From Octopus vulgaris (taxonomy: Eukaryota): a stretch of DNA of 64,000 bases. A model generated the notes under the pieces. That model worked only from the letters and a program-made list of their open reading frames with translations, was not told the origin of the DNA and searched no databases. Positions 1 through 12,635 of the stretch are shown one piece after another. The position numbers were made by a program, and so were the translations under genes. The stretch spans positions 89,962,001-90,026,000 of the forward strand of contig OX597820.1 of the NCBI GenBank assembly GCA_951406725.2. The letters run 5' to 3'. Position 1 is the stretch's first letter. Every line of letters starts with the position of its first letter.

Positions 1-119
1 TAGTTATTGTTGTGTAAACACTGTTAAATAATAAAGAATATTAAGGTGAAGCGTAAGAAAAGGGTGAATAACCTTTCTTTGAGGTTTCTATATAAATGGC
101 GATTGATAAACCTTATGGT

Positions 120-480
120 AATATGCTTGCCATTACAAAACAGAGTTCCTCGCATAATCAGCTACTATATGATAGTGTACTAGAGTGTAAATGCTTTGTG
201 ATTTATATTCACTAAAATGCGATTAAGGAAGCTGCATATTCCCTTAAATTGCATTGTAATTTATGAAAGCTGCCAATCATATTTTCAGATGGAATATTTG
301 CAATTCGGAACTTAATGTTCCCCACAAAATTTCAACACGAGATTTAAATATTTGACATATGTCTATTCCATTTTTAAACGTACCGTTTCCATCGTCGTCT
401 TTCATCAATTCTGTAATTTGTGGCTCAACAAATATGTCAGTTTGTACTTCACCTTCAGCTTTCGTGAGAAACTGATGTGA
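120..480 (-). mobile_element. Degenerate DNA-transposon coding fragment (GIFVGPQIR-type family, superfamily uncertain)
   Basis: Minus-strand frames give DIFVEPQITELMKDD, NFVGNIK..ENMIGSFHKLQCN and HIVADY. These fall in the order expected for the widespread TE protein motifs EGIFVGPQIR / FLGNxK / LGCNMS / MLADYCW. Confidence 0.4.
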
Positions 481-631
481 ATATACGTGGTTGTTATATT
501 ATATTAGAAAACATTATAAAAATATAGAAATCATCATGATCATCATGATCATCATCGTCATTCCTGTTCTTATTTTTATTGTTGCTGTTGTTGTTGTTGT
601 TGTTGTTTTATTATTATTATTATTATTATTA

Positions 632-3600
632 TTCAGTAGTTTTATTTTTATAGCGTGCTTTCACTTCACTACCGAGCGCAGCTCTGTGTGCCTTGGGTAT
701 GTGCTGTGATTTGTTGTGATGCTCTGATGGTTATTGTATGGAAAGTGTTCTGCGTAGGATGTGTGCAGTGCCTAGTTGTGCAATTTTCTGTATGTCATAT
801 GTGTTTGTAAGTCCTGGTGTTTTTGTTATGTATTTGTCTGAATATTTTTTTATCATGCCTAATGCACCTACTATGATAGGAATTGTTTCTGTTTTCAGAT
901 TCCACATTCTAGTTACCTCTATTTCCAGGTCTTTGTATTTTGAGAGTTTCTCCATTTCTTTTAGAGACAGTTGTCATCTGCCGGTATTGATACATCAATT
1001 AGAAAGCATTTTTTTCTTCATGATCTCTGACAACTATATCTGGTCTGTTGGCCTTAATTTCTCTATCTGTGTGTATCGGCATATCCCAGAGTATGGTTGC
1101 TTTCTCGTTTTCTGTGTCCTTTTCTGGTGTGTGCCTATACCATCTTTTTTCTGTTGTTATTCCATAATGTTGACATAGCTTCCAATGTATGTAGGTTCCA
1201 ACTCTGTCATGTCTGTGAATATATTCCTTCTTAGCCAGGACTGGGCAGCTAGGGATAATATGATTTATTGTTTCTTGTCCATCTCCACATATTCTGCAGT
1301 TACTTGTAATATTTCTTTAAATTAGATGTTTTTGGTAATTTCTGGTGGGGAGGCTTTGGTCTTGTGCTGCAATTAAAAATCCCTCTGTTTCTGCTTTGAG
1401 TCCTGAGCTTCTCAACCATTGCTGGGATTTTTCTTTGTCTATTTCTTTTGCGTTTAGTTTAGTGCAGTATTTACCATGAAGGAGCTTTTCTTGCCATCGT
1501 TTTATCATGGTTCGTTGCTGTTCTATTTTTAGTTTAGATTTCATTTGTTTTATAGCTTTTGTTGTTTCTTCATCATCTTCTTCTTCTTCTTCGTGTTTAT
1601 TAGGTGGTATGAATTCTTGTTTGTATTTGTCAGCTTCCTTAAGTACTGAGAACAGTTTTTTGTTTTGCTCGTGTTTTGCTGCTCTCTGGATCAGTTTTCC
1701 TTCCTTGTGTAGTAGGTATTTTTGCAGTCCTATGGTGGTTATTTTATAATAGTTTTCCAGCTGTATAAGGCCTCTACCACCTTCTATACGTTGTATATAT
1801 AGTCTTTCTATGTCAGATTTTGGGTGATGCATCCTAGATCCTGTCATTATTTTTCTTGTTTTCCTATCTATTTTGGACAGTTCATTTCGTGTCCAGTTAA
1901 GGATATTGTAGCTGTAACTTATAACTGGGACAGCTAAAGTGTTGATACCTATTATCTTGTTTTTAGCATTGTGCTCTGTTTTTAGTATTGATCTAACTCG
2001 TCTATAATATTCTTTTTTTATTTTCTCTTTCATTTGTGTGTGTTGTGTCTTATCTAGTTCATGGATTCCTAAGTATTTGTAAGTTTGGCTTTGGTCTAAT
2101 TCTTTTATTTCATTGGTTTTATCTAGTGTGATGTTGTTACTCTTAACTAGTTTTCCTCTTTTCATGGTTACTTTGACGCATTTTTCTAATCCAAATTTCA
2201 TATCTATTTCTTTGGTAAATCCATGAACTGTCTTTAATAGTGTTTCCAGCTGTTTGTCATTTGCAGCGTATAGTTTTAGGTCATCCATATATAAAAGGTG
2301 GCTGATCGTTTTGCCGTAACATTTATATCCGCATCCAGTTCTATTTAGCATATCAGATAGAGGTGACAGTGCCAAGCAGAAAAGGAGTGGAGAGAGCGTG
2401 TCTCCCTGGAATATTCCTCTTCTGATGGGGATGTCTTTGGTTTTCATGAGTCCCTCTTTTGTTTGGAGGTGTAGGACTGTTTGCCATTTATTCATAGAGT
2501 GCTCTATGAATTTTATGATTGTTGGTGCTACTTTGTTAATGGCTAGTGTTTCAAGGATCCATGTGTGGGGGATGCTATCAAACGCCTTTTTGTAGTCAAT
2601 CCAGGCCATACTGAGGCCTTTCTTCTTTCTGTGGCTGTCTTCAGTTACGGCTTTATTAATCATTAGTTGATCTTTACAGCCATATGAGCCTTTGCGGCAT
2701 CCTTTCTGCTCTTCTGGGAACAGTTTGTTTTCGTCCAGGTGCTTGTTCAGCCTTTGTGATATCACTGCAGTAAATGCCTTGAACATAGTAGGAAGGCAGG
2801 TTATTGGTCTGTAGTTTTCTGGTTTTTCTGTTTCATTTGATTTGGGAATTAAGATGGTTTTCCCCTTCGTGAGCCATTCAGGCATTGTCTCTGGCTCTGC
2901 TAGTATGCTGTTAAAGTTTTCAGCCAGCTTTTTGTGCATTCCTGTTAGATATTTCAACCAGAAGTTGGGGATCTTGTCATGCCCAGGTGCCTTCCAGTTG
3001 CTTAGTTTTTGCAGTGCCTGGGTGACCTCTTCAGTTGTTATGGGGGTCCAAAGTTGTTCAGATGCCGAGTTTGTTATTTTGATACTCCTTTTTTTTGGCT
3101 GTTCGTTCGCCGACCATATTTCTCTCCAGAATTCTTCCACTTCTTCTGCCGTTGGTGCTGCAGTGACTTCTATTTTATTTTTGCCCAGTTCTTGGTAGAA
3201 CTTTTTGGGGTCGGAGTTGAACTTTTTGTTCCGTTCAAAGAAGCGTTGGCGTTTCTCGTACCGGCGGATCCTTTGAGCTTTGGCAAGGATATCTTGCTTC
3301 AGCTTTTCTTTTATCTCCGGCAAATCTTTTTCTGTGATGTTATATTTGCGGAGCATTTTTGTTCTCTTTTTGTTGCTCAGTAGCGTTGATTGTTTGCTGA
3401 TTTCATTAAGATTCGACAGGTCTTTTCTAATTTTTTTTATTTTGTTTTGGATGTTATTTATCCACAGGGTTTGTTTGGGTGGTGGTACTCCTGTTTGGGC
3501 GGGTTTGGGTGAGTATCCAGCTTCTTTTGTGGCTGCAGTGGCTGCTGCGTATATTAAGTCATTTAGTTCAGTGATATCACTTTTTTTTGTTTCAGTGGCT

Positions 3601-3813
3601 AGTTCAGTGACAGCTAGGTTTATGCTGTTTATAATTGGTGTTGTTATTTCGTTTATTTTTATTCTTGAGAGGTATGGTCCTAGCTAGTGACAGCTAGTGA
3701 CAGCTAGTGACAGCTAGTGACAGCTAGTGACAGCTAGGTTTATGCTGTTTATAATTGGTGTTGTTATTTCGTTTATTTTTATTCTTGAGAGGTAGTCCAT
3801 TTTGGGCTCTGTG
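632..3813 (-). mobile_element. R4/Dong-clade non-LTR retrotransposon, 5'-truncated, inserted in (TAA)n
   Basis: Single ORF with RT, CCHC finger and restriction-like endonuclease, followed by a ~100-nt 3' UTR. (TTA)n lies on both sides (608-631 and 3814-3932), the known Dong target type. Confidence 0.92.
731..3680 (-). pseudogene. R4/Dong RT-RLE polyprotein, disrupted
   Basis: The frame is open from ~3680 (PYLSRIKINE...) through RT motifs NYRPITCL, WIDYKKAFDSI, GIFQGDTLSPLLF and LLYMDDLKL. An in-frame TAA at 1317-1319 is followed by CRICGDGQETINHIIPSC, RHDRVG and RPDIVV..LIDVSIP. A 1-bp frameshift near 970 leads into EKLSKYKDL...TAHILRRTL. Confidence 0.9.
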
Positions 3814-3912
<99 letters not shown>

Positions 3913-3932
3913 ATTATTATTATTATTATTAT
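3814..3932. repeat. (TTA)n microsatellite
   Basis: Direct reading. Confidence 0.98.
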
Positions 3933-4230
3933 TCATATACTCACAACAGATTAGCCTGTTGGAAAATAAATATTCCTAATATTGGGCTACAACAAATAAC
4001 CTTAGATGTCAAGGACCTTTCTAAGTTGCCTAGCTATCCCTAGTAACATTGTTTTCTGGAGCTGTACTATTTCCTATGTCCATCTGTTCAAATCATTAGG
4101 GATGGTTCCTTATGCCCCTATAACTACTGGGATACAGTTTAACCGTACTTTCCATAGTCTGTGTAATTCAATGGCTACTTTATAATAATAGTAATAATAA
4201 AAATAATAATAATATTGATAAAAATAATAA

Positions 4231-4352
<122 letters not shown>

Positions 4353-4357
4353 TTATA

Positions 4358-4589
4358 AGACAGCGAGCTGGCAGAAACGTTAGCAAACCGGGCGAAATGC
4401 TTGGCGGTATTTCCTCTGTCGCTACGTTCTGAGTTCTAATTCCGCCGAGGTCGACCTTGCCTTTCATCCTTCCTGTGTCGATTAAATAAGTACCAGTTAC
4501 ACACAGGGGTCGATATAATCGACTTAATCCGTTTGTCTGTCCTTCTTTGTCCTCTATGTGTTTAGCCCCTTGTGGGTAGTAAAGAAATA
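4358..4589 (+). mobile_element. SINE family A (tRNA-like head, GCCTTTCATCC..GTCGAT..AAGTACCAG core, tailed)
   Basis: Several near-identical copies occur in the window (30407, 46882, 57213). The head has a B-box-like GAGTTC(T/A)AATTCC. The core resembles the Meta-domain SINE core as I recall it. Confidence 0.88.
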
Positions 4590-4604
4590 GGTATTTCGAC
4601 TGTA

Positions 4605-5200
4605 TTTAGGTCTTAGTATATATCTACCCTGTTGATTTCTCTTTCCTTCTTTCATGGAAGTCCATACTTCTTACACATTCCCAGTGGATGACCTTTGCAA
4701 CATTATCATGTCACCAAGATTTGTACTGTTTCTGTGCGAGTTTGAAGCATTCACTTAGTATTCAGATTACCGTTTCTTTTCCTTCAGCGCACAACCTGTA
4801 TATCTTCGACACATTGACTCCTGCCCTGCATTATTTTTGCAGAGGACATGACCTTGAGCTGCCATAATTAACCCTTTCTTTTCTTTTTTAGATTTCCTTT
4901 TTTTTTTATTCAATTCCACTTGGTTTCTTCTCTTTCCGCGTCAGTATTCTTCATAAACTGAGGGTATTAATGTTTTTTTCTACATAACTTTACATTATCT
5001 TTTTAAGTATTTTATCATTTTTTTTCCTTGTAGTATGTTTGCATTGCTCAAATCTGCCGTCATTTCTTCAATGATTTTCTTAACATGCTGATTGGGACCT
5101 TCCATTTTCACGTTCACACATTCCTCTCCTCTAATCAATCCCATTCCTCTATTTTTACGTTTCATGTATAGACTACCATATCTGCACTTTGTGGTGTATG
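4605..5200 (-). mobile_element. Older R4/Dong-like LINE 3' fragment
   Basis: LYMKRKNRGMGLI matches the RLYxxRxxGGRGL motif. A degraded zinc finger and HDNVAKVIHW follow; the fragment is frameshifted. Confidence 0.7.
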
Positions 5201-6729
5201 TATATTGTGCCAATTCCCGAAGTTTTGTTAAATTTAGTAGGGAACTATTTATTGCCGCGATATTTGGTTAAAACTTTAAATAAAGATATCTGCTTCAATG
5301 TGACATGAAAAGACTGTCAAATTTTGCCCTTTTGGACACAATCTTAGTGTAATTATATTAGCTCTTGTCCGTTTTGTTTCTCCACTGGAATTATGGTGTC
5401 AGTTTCGCCTATTATCAGATCCAGCAATGTTTTATAGTGATATTAGTCATTTTTCCTGACTCATATCACAACCACGTTCACCACGGTACATTATACAACC
5501 ATTTCCTTTCGATTTAATACGACAAGTACCCAGGGAGATTGTAAGTATCTGCGACGTTAAAATGCAACATTACAGACACGAAAAGTGTCAATAAGAATAG
5601 CAACAGCAACAAAAACATTAACAAGAGAACAGAAATGCAGGAAAATATCCAACTGCCCTAAGTCTTGTGAATCCTCCGAATTCTTATGGGCGCTCTCTAT
5701 TTGCACTCAGTTAAGATTAGTTTCTAGCCTAAAATTGTGGTGATTATAAAAGTAGTTTACTCTGTATATCTTATAAAGTCCACATATTCATTATATAAAC
5801 ACTCGGTTAATTGGGTGTGAGACTGTTAAATAATGTAAATTAACTTATATTATATCTCCATGGAATATCATTTTGCCACCATTTTAAGTTAAAATTTGCT
5901 ATCCAAAATGAAACTTATGGAAAAAATTTTGAAGATCATAGTTGCATTTATATCGATAAGAAAACACTTAATCTATGCTGTACTAAACTATGAAAGACAA
6001 ACATAACAAATTTAGGAACAACCTGGGCCGGATATGTTAAGAGGCCATCCCATAGTCTGAGTGTTTTCACACGTTTCGACATTTGTAAGCGTTTTAGAAT
6101 ATTTTATCAATTTGAGTGAGACTACATTACGGAATTTACCCGATATACAATGTTGCTGCTCACCTGTAAATATTCGAAATTATTATATTATTAAAATTTC
6201 CACTAGTACTTTAGTAGTCATGTGTATTACTTTTGAATTAATAAATTTATTAATCCCACCTGATTTTAAATTCTATCATCACTTTTAATCCGTCCTTTGA
6301 TTTTTTACCTTTTAACATTGTAGGTTTGATAAACTGCTAGCAAGCAAGTACTGAACCGATTAAATCGATAATACCGTTTCTTACACATATGTGATCTTGT
6401 GACCATGCTATAAATCATTTATTATGTTCAGTATAGAGTTAAGATTCGAAGAAAAGAATACCATAAAATATTTACAGTAAAAATAAATCTACTGTAACAC
6501 TATCTTACTTTAAAATAATATTTCTGATGTATAGTAAAGAAATGGAATTACATTATATGTAGTTATGGAGACAGAACTGTGTGCTGAAATGAATATCTGT
6601 ATAAATGTAAATATATATAGAATGAAAGCCTAAAATTGGTAGGTGGCATCTCCAGCTACGGGCGAACAACACAATCATCAGAAAAGTAGACAAGGAGGAG
6701 ACTAAGTAATATATCTGAAATACAAAAGA

Positions 6730-7350
6730 AAAAAAAAGAAACGAGAACAAAGATGGCAGTAAGCAGTGAGACTCAGCCAACATATGTCTACTCCGATATT
6801 TCCTGAATTGGATCATGAACTGGAGTGAACACCATTAAACATTGCATCATGGATAGAATGTAAAAAAAAGGCAAAACAAAGACGGTATATAAGGGAGTTA
6901 GGTAGTGTAGGAGAAAGTAATATATACGCAAGATTTTGGTCAATACCAGGCACGACATAATAGCAGTATAAAATCAGCAACAAAAATTGTAATTCATACT
7001 ATTAGAATATTTTTTTAAAATGATGAATACATATGAAAATCACTGTATAAATGAGAGGCTTAAAGAGATTCATGGTGAGAAAGATAGCGTGAGGTTCAGA
7101 TGGTTAGAGAAAGTGGGCGTAAAATAGGAAGAAAAGTAAATAAAGGCAAAGTAAAATGGAAGAGAGAAAGAGAAAAATAAATAATTCGCCTATAGCTCAT
7201 AAAAAAATAATGACCAAAACTGACTTGTGGTAGATAAAGTGAAATAGAGCATCAGTGAATAATACATTGACAATGTGCTAGGAAAGGCTTTGATACGTAA
7301 TAATATATACTAGTGAAAACATTAATAAAAACGAAAGTGAATATTACTAT
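6730..7350 (+). mobile_element. Highly degraded RTE-like LINE 3' fragment
   Basis: INERLKEIHGEKDSVRFRW resembles the RTE C-terminal N..L....G...RLRW motif. Weak evidence. Confidence 0.3.
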
Positions 7351-7799
7351 GTGATGTGTTTTAAATGACCATTATGACCTTCGTTCAACGAAAATGAATA
7401 AAAGTTCTGAAATAATTGTTACGGATGTCCAAAAGTGTTCTGATTTGTTAATATTGTATTAGTCATTTTTAAATTAGGTAAATTGATACAAATGATACAT
7501 TGTTTTTCTTGTCACTTTAGAGCGCGCGAAAGCAGTGGATGAGTGCTTATGTACCTCTAAAATGCTCTGACTGTAAACAAAGATGGTTAATACTAAACTT
7601 GAAATTTTGTTGATTGATTCCTGTAGGAGGAACGCATAGAAGGGAAGTGAAACTTGAGAATACCTGCGGGTAAGAAGGAAGGACAGCTTGGTGGGTTTTG
7701 TTTATGAAAGGAATATTTTAGTGATTAATCAGAGAAAGAAATAAAGCATATATGACTATTTTCTGTTAGAATGTGAGAAGTTGATGTAAAAGAGGAAGT

Positions 7800-8680
7800 T
7801 TCCCTTATATCTTAGGTCAATTCCGATTCTTGCAATGGAGTCCATTCTCATTGTGTCATTTAACTAGGGAGCGGATTAACTCGTAAGAGCAGTAAAGTTC
7901 CGAGTGACATTCCATGCATTTTCCTACCTACCATATTTTAATAACAAACTTTTGGTCGAGTTGAGGCTTAGGGAGCATATATTTGTTCATAGAAACAAAC
8001 AGTGGAATTTAATTTGAATGCTTTATTTACACTTATACTACCCTGTTATGTATAAAATGCTATCTATTTGATCGCCCTGTACAATGAGGGCATTTGGGGC
8101 TCAATCGTAGAGATGTAATTTGACACGCATTTTAACTCATGGAAAGCAACGATGAAATAAATTTTCTGCTTGACTGGAGACTGTAATCCGCTTACATATT
8201 ATCGTTCAGCTCATACAAATTAACTACACATACAATACAAATGCCATTACGACAGAAAACAAACCATAGATATTGCATTTGTTGCATGTCTCTAATGGTG
8301 ATAACCTAGTGCTTCTTCATAAGCAAGGCAATATTTTGAGTGCATATGAGAAAATGGAAGCATTTGAAACGTAGAAATGTGCACTGGATGCACTATAAAT
8401 ATAGTGGACATAGAAAGTATAGATATGTTAATTTGTTTTAAGGAGGTAGTTTTGCAGACAGAAATGTTTAATGCAACGAGAGAATATTTTGATTCCATGT
8501 AAGCTATGATATTGTCTCGAAGAAACATTTATCTATTGAAAGCTTCCGAATCGATTAACGCAAATGCAATGAAAGGATTCCAACAGGCATTATATTGATT
8601 CATCTATAATAAAGTAAATACTAGAACGTAATTTATCAGTACCTATAGCTGGTATAGGATCCTTCTGATGGATAGTTAAA
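7800..8680 (-). mobile_element. Highly degraded CR1/L2-like RT fragment
   Basis: Ordered weak motif remnants on the minus strand: a P..K...NY-like stretch, LRDNIIAYME, and an LFSVVMAF (DFSKAF-like) stretch. Confidence 0.3.
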
Positions 8681-8741
8681 AAGGATCAAGTCATAATGAT
8701 TGCTATTCTGTATTAATAGCGCTAATATATATATATGTATA

Positions 8742-9476
8742 TATATACGAAAGAAGGTTTGAAAATGCAATTTAAAAGATGTTTATTTACTTTACCGGTT
8801 TCACTCTTAGGAAAAAGATTGTCAAAAGTAACATGTCGAAGTTTGGTTGCGTTAATTATTGGTTGTTGCAAATTGCTACATTACATATATATATACAGTC
8901 TTTGGTAGCAGGGACATGTTAAGGACATAAAAAAGTACAACAGTAGGTTGAGGAATATAAAGAGGTTTCACAAGCTCATTGAAAAAATGGGCAGAAAAGA
9001 TTAAAACAAATATATTATACATCTCAGGGTAATTTCCAGGAGGAATTATTAAAAAGGTTCAGTACAGAATATTATGAATTCAAAAAGATTTACATTAATG
9101 TAGTGGTGAATTTGTTACTGACCTGTCCGTTTTAGCAGAAAATGTGGAATTGAAAAGGATGTACCGTTTTTTTACTTTTTTGGCTTTCCTTCAAGCATCA
9201 ATGATTTTGGGGTTAGGATGAGGTGAATATGTGTGTCTCTGCATGTATGTGTGTGTGCATACATATACATGTGGTGTGAATAGATGTGTCTGTGTGTCTG
9301 TAGTATTTGGTCAGGTGGTGTCTGTTTGTCAACCGCGTGTGTGGTTGTCATGGTGTTGTGTGTGTGTGCGTGCGTGTGTACGCATGTATGTGTGTGGATG
9401 GCATTTGGCATGGTGCTGCGTGTGTATATATGTGCCTGTATGGAGGTGAGATTGGTGTGAGTGTGTGTGCCCCTGT
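8742..9476 (-). repeat. Left arm of a ~735-bp near-perfect inverted repeat (PLE-derived foldback element)
   Basis: Reverse complement of 10553-11285 with only scattered substitutions; (TA)n lies outside it. Confidence 0.97.
8787..8831 (-). ncRNA. Type I hammerhead ribozyme motif, U3-A8 variant (left-arm copy)
   Basis: Minus strand reads TTACTT-TTGACAA-TCTTTTTCCTAAGAGT-GAAACCGGTA-AAGTAA. Confidence 0.65.
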
Positions 9477-10365
9477 GTATATATGTGTTCTATATATGTA
9501 TATATGTGTGTGTTGTGTGTGTATGCATTGTATATGTGTATATGTGAATGCATTGTTTGTGTGTGTGTGTGGTATGTATATGTATATGTGTGTGTACGTT
9601 ATATGTATGTATTTTGTGTGTGTGTGTGCGCATTATATATATATATGTGTGTATATGTGAATATATATATATATGTGCATTATATGTATGTGCATTGTGT
9701 ATATGTATATTATGTGTATGTGTGTTGCATATGTATGTGTACATTATGTGTATATGTATGTGTATATATGCATTGTATATATGTATATTGTATGTGTGTT
9801 GTATATGCATGAATACATGTATATACATTATATGTATATATATGTATGCATTGTGTATGTGTATGTTATGTGTATATATGTTATATGTATGTGTATATGT
9901 ATATGTATACATTGTATGTATATTGTGTGTATATGTGGTATATTTATGTATGTGTATGTAAACATTATATATATATATATATGTATATATGTATATGCAT
10001 TGTCTATATATATATATATTATATGTATGTATTGTGTATGTATGTTATATGTATATATTGTGTATGTGTATTATATATATGGTGTGTATGTGTATCGCAT
10101 GTATATATGTGTTAGGTGTATATGTGTGTGTGTGTGTGTTTGTTATGTGTGTGTGTGTTGTGTGTGTGTATTATATGTATGTGCGTTGTGTGTGTGTTCT
10201 GTATGTATGTGTGTTGTGTGTGTGTGTGTGTGTTGTGTGTGTTGTGTGTGTGTATGTATGTGCGTTGTGTGTGTGTGGGGGTGAGATGTATGTATGTGTG
10301 TGTGTATGTATGTGTATGATGTATGTGTGTGTGTATATATATGTATATGTAGTGTGTGTGTATGG
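9477..10365. repeat. Cryptic (TG/TA)n low-complexity spacer
   Basis: Alternating purine-pyrimidine tract with recurring GCATT interruptions. Confidence 0.95.
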
Positions 10366-10552
10366 CCCGCACACGCGCGCAGACGCGCACGCGCACGAAC
10401 ACGCGCGCGCACGGGCGGGTACGCATATACACACACCATCCTGCCCCAAAAAATTCTTTAAACAAGACACATCTATTTACACCACCCTAGAACCAATCAA
10501 AAACAGCCCCCCACACACACACAGACACTTGTATACGTGTATGTGCACGTAG

Positions 10553-11285
10553 ACAGGGGCACACACACTCACACCAATCTCACCTCCATTCAGGCACATA
10601 TATACACACGCAGCACCATGTCAAATGCCATCCACACACATACATGCGTACACACGCACACACACACACAACACCATGACAACCACACACGCGGTTGACA
10701 AACAGACACCACCTGACCAAATACTACAGACACACAGACACATCTATTCACACCACATGTATATGTATGCACACACACATACACGCAGAGACACACATAT
10801 TCACCTCATCCTAACCCCAAAATCATTGATGCTTGAAGGAAAGCCAAAAAAAGTAAAAAACCGGTACATCCTTTTCAATTCCACATTTTCTGCTAAAACG
10901 GACAGGTCAGTAACAAACTCACCACTACATTAATGTAAATCTTTTTGAATTCATAATATTCTGTACTGAACTTTTTTAATAATTCCTCCTGGAAATTACC
11001 CTGAGCTGTATAATATATTTGTTTTAATCTTTTCTGCCCATTTTTTCAATGAGCTTGTGAAACCTCTTTATATTCTCAACATACTGTTGTACTTTTTTAT
11101 GTCCTTAACATGTCCCTGCTACCAAAGACTGTATATATATATGTAATGTAGCAATTTGCAACAACCAATAATTAACGCAACCAAACTTCGACATGTTACT
11201 TTTGACAATCTTTTTCCAAAGAGTGAAACCGGTAAAGTAAATAAACATCTTTTAAATTGCATTTTCAAACCTTCTTTCGTATATA
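10553..11285 (+). repeat. Right arm of the inverted repeat (element continues ~40 nt to (TA)n)
   Basis: Reverse complement of 8742-9476. Contains KNRYILFNSTFSAK, which resembles the PLE linker motif IIWFNPPFS. Confidence 0.97.
11196..11240 (+). ncRNA. Type I hammerhead ribozyme motif, U3-A8 variant
   Basis: Stem I TTACTT/AAGTAA; core TTGACAA; stem II CTTTT/AAGAG closed by U.U; GAAA; palindromic stem III ACCGGT; GUA cleavage triplet. Confidence 0.7.
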
Positions 11286-11320
11286 ATTCCACTCGTGCGA
11301 TACCCCACAACTCAACTTTG

Positions 11321-11361
<41 letters not shown>

Positions 11362-11459
11362 TTAATATATGAGGGAATAAAATCCAAAACTTACAAGGAA
11401 AAAAAAATCAATTTAGAAATACTAAATCAAAGTTCACACAATATAATATATATATATAT

Positions 11460-12635
11460 ATAAAATTAGAAAAAAACACCTTTTATCAATTCAAAATGAA
11501 CAATTAAATTACACCATCTAGAAAATTACATATAATAGAAGTATTAACATTGAAAAATAACAATAAAATGTCAAAGATTAAGTAAGTTGCAAAAATATAA
11601 TAATAATAACGTATATAAATTGTGGAATAACGACACGTGTTTCGTGGCTATATTTAAGAAATGGTTACAAAGTTTTTTTCTCCTTTTCGTTTGGATTCTG
11701 TTTTATTTTGGGTTGAAGGTTTAGCTGAGGTTAATTTTGTTACTGATATATTAATAGGTGTCTGTTAGTTTTAGCTGGGTGTCTTCGTATCTTTCTTTGG
11801 TTCTAATATTTTTGCACCTTTCTTTAATTTTGGGTTTGATAGGTTTTCTTACTTCCATTAACATATTATTCTCACTATTATATATTTATATACATTGATA
11901 GATATAAGTTACGATAGATATTAACTCTTTTTTTAAATGTATATATATATATATATATATTTATATATAAAGTGATCTAATGAATTACATTTAATTTAAT
12001 TTAATTTAAGAATTTATGTAGGCAGACATTATATCATTTTTGTTATTAGGTGGCTTATTTATTTGTAATATTAAATTTTAAGATAATTTGGTATTATATT
12101 ATTTGATATTTAGTCAAATTTGTTATAGATTCTTATATTAAATCTATAGATACTACACATGTATATTGATTATATGGTTAGCTTATTTAAGGACTTTGCC
12201 TATGTTTGAACCATTTCTTATTTTGATTACTATTTAAAGACTTGTTTTAGCTTTGTGTATTTTATTTAATTTGAAAGTATTTAATAATTTAAGTATTGTT
12301 TTAGTTTTCAATTATGTATATTTAGTATTTTCATATATATATTAAAGTATATTTATTAATTAATTATTTTATTATTCTAGTTTATTTTTAACCTGATGAT
12401 TGACTATATTGATATCGAAGTGATTTCTCTGCCACTATAACCATTCTTAAATACAGCCACGAAACACGTGTCGTTATTCTACAATTTATATACGTTATTA
12501 TTATTATATTTTTGCAATTTACGTAATCTTTGATATTTTATTGGTATTTTTTTAATGTTAATATTTTTATTATATGTAATTTTCTAGATGGTATAATTTA
12601 ATTGTTCATTTTGAATTGATAAAAGGCGGTTTTTC

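Noticed and set aside
738-3687. Plus-strand ORFs overlapping the Dong element
   Set aside because: Antisense shadows of the LINE ORF with no independent motifs.
3681-3737. Short regular repeat resembling a CRISPR or iteron array
   Set aside because: Spacer-less 10-mer tandem derived from the LINE, in a eukaryotic context with no cas genes.
7627-7669. Possible 43-nt exon (CCTGTAG|...|GTAAG)
   Set aside because: Only splice-like words, with no recognisable peptide or partner exons.
9172-10552. Many 70-200 aa ORFs rich in C/V/Y/M/I/H/T (also at 42048, 48756-49427 and 61857-62922)
   Set aside because: They are translations of TG/TA/CA/TTA microsatellites that happen to lack stop codons.
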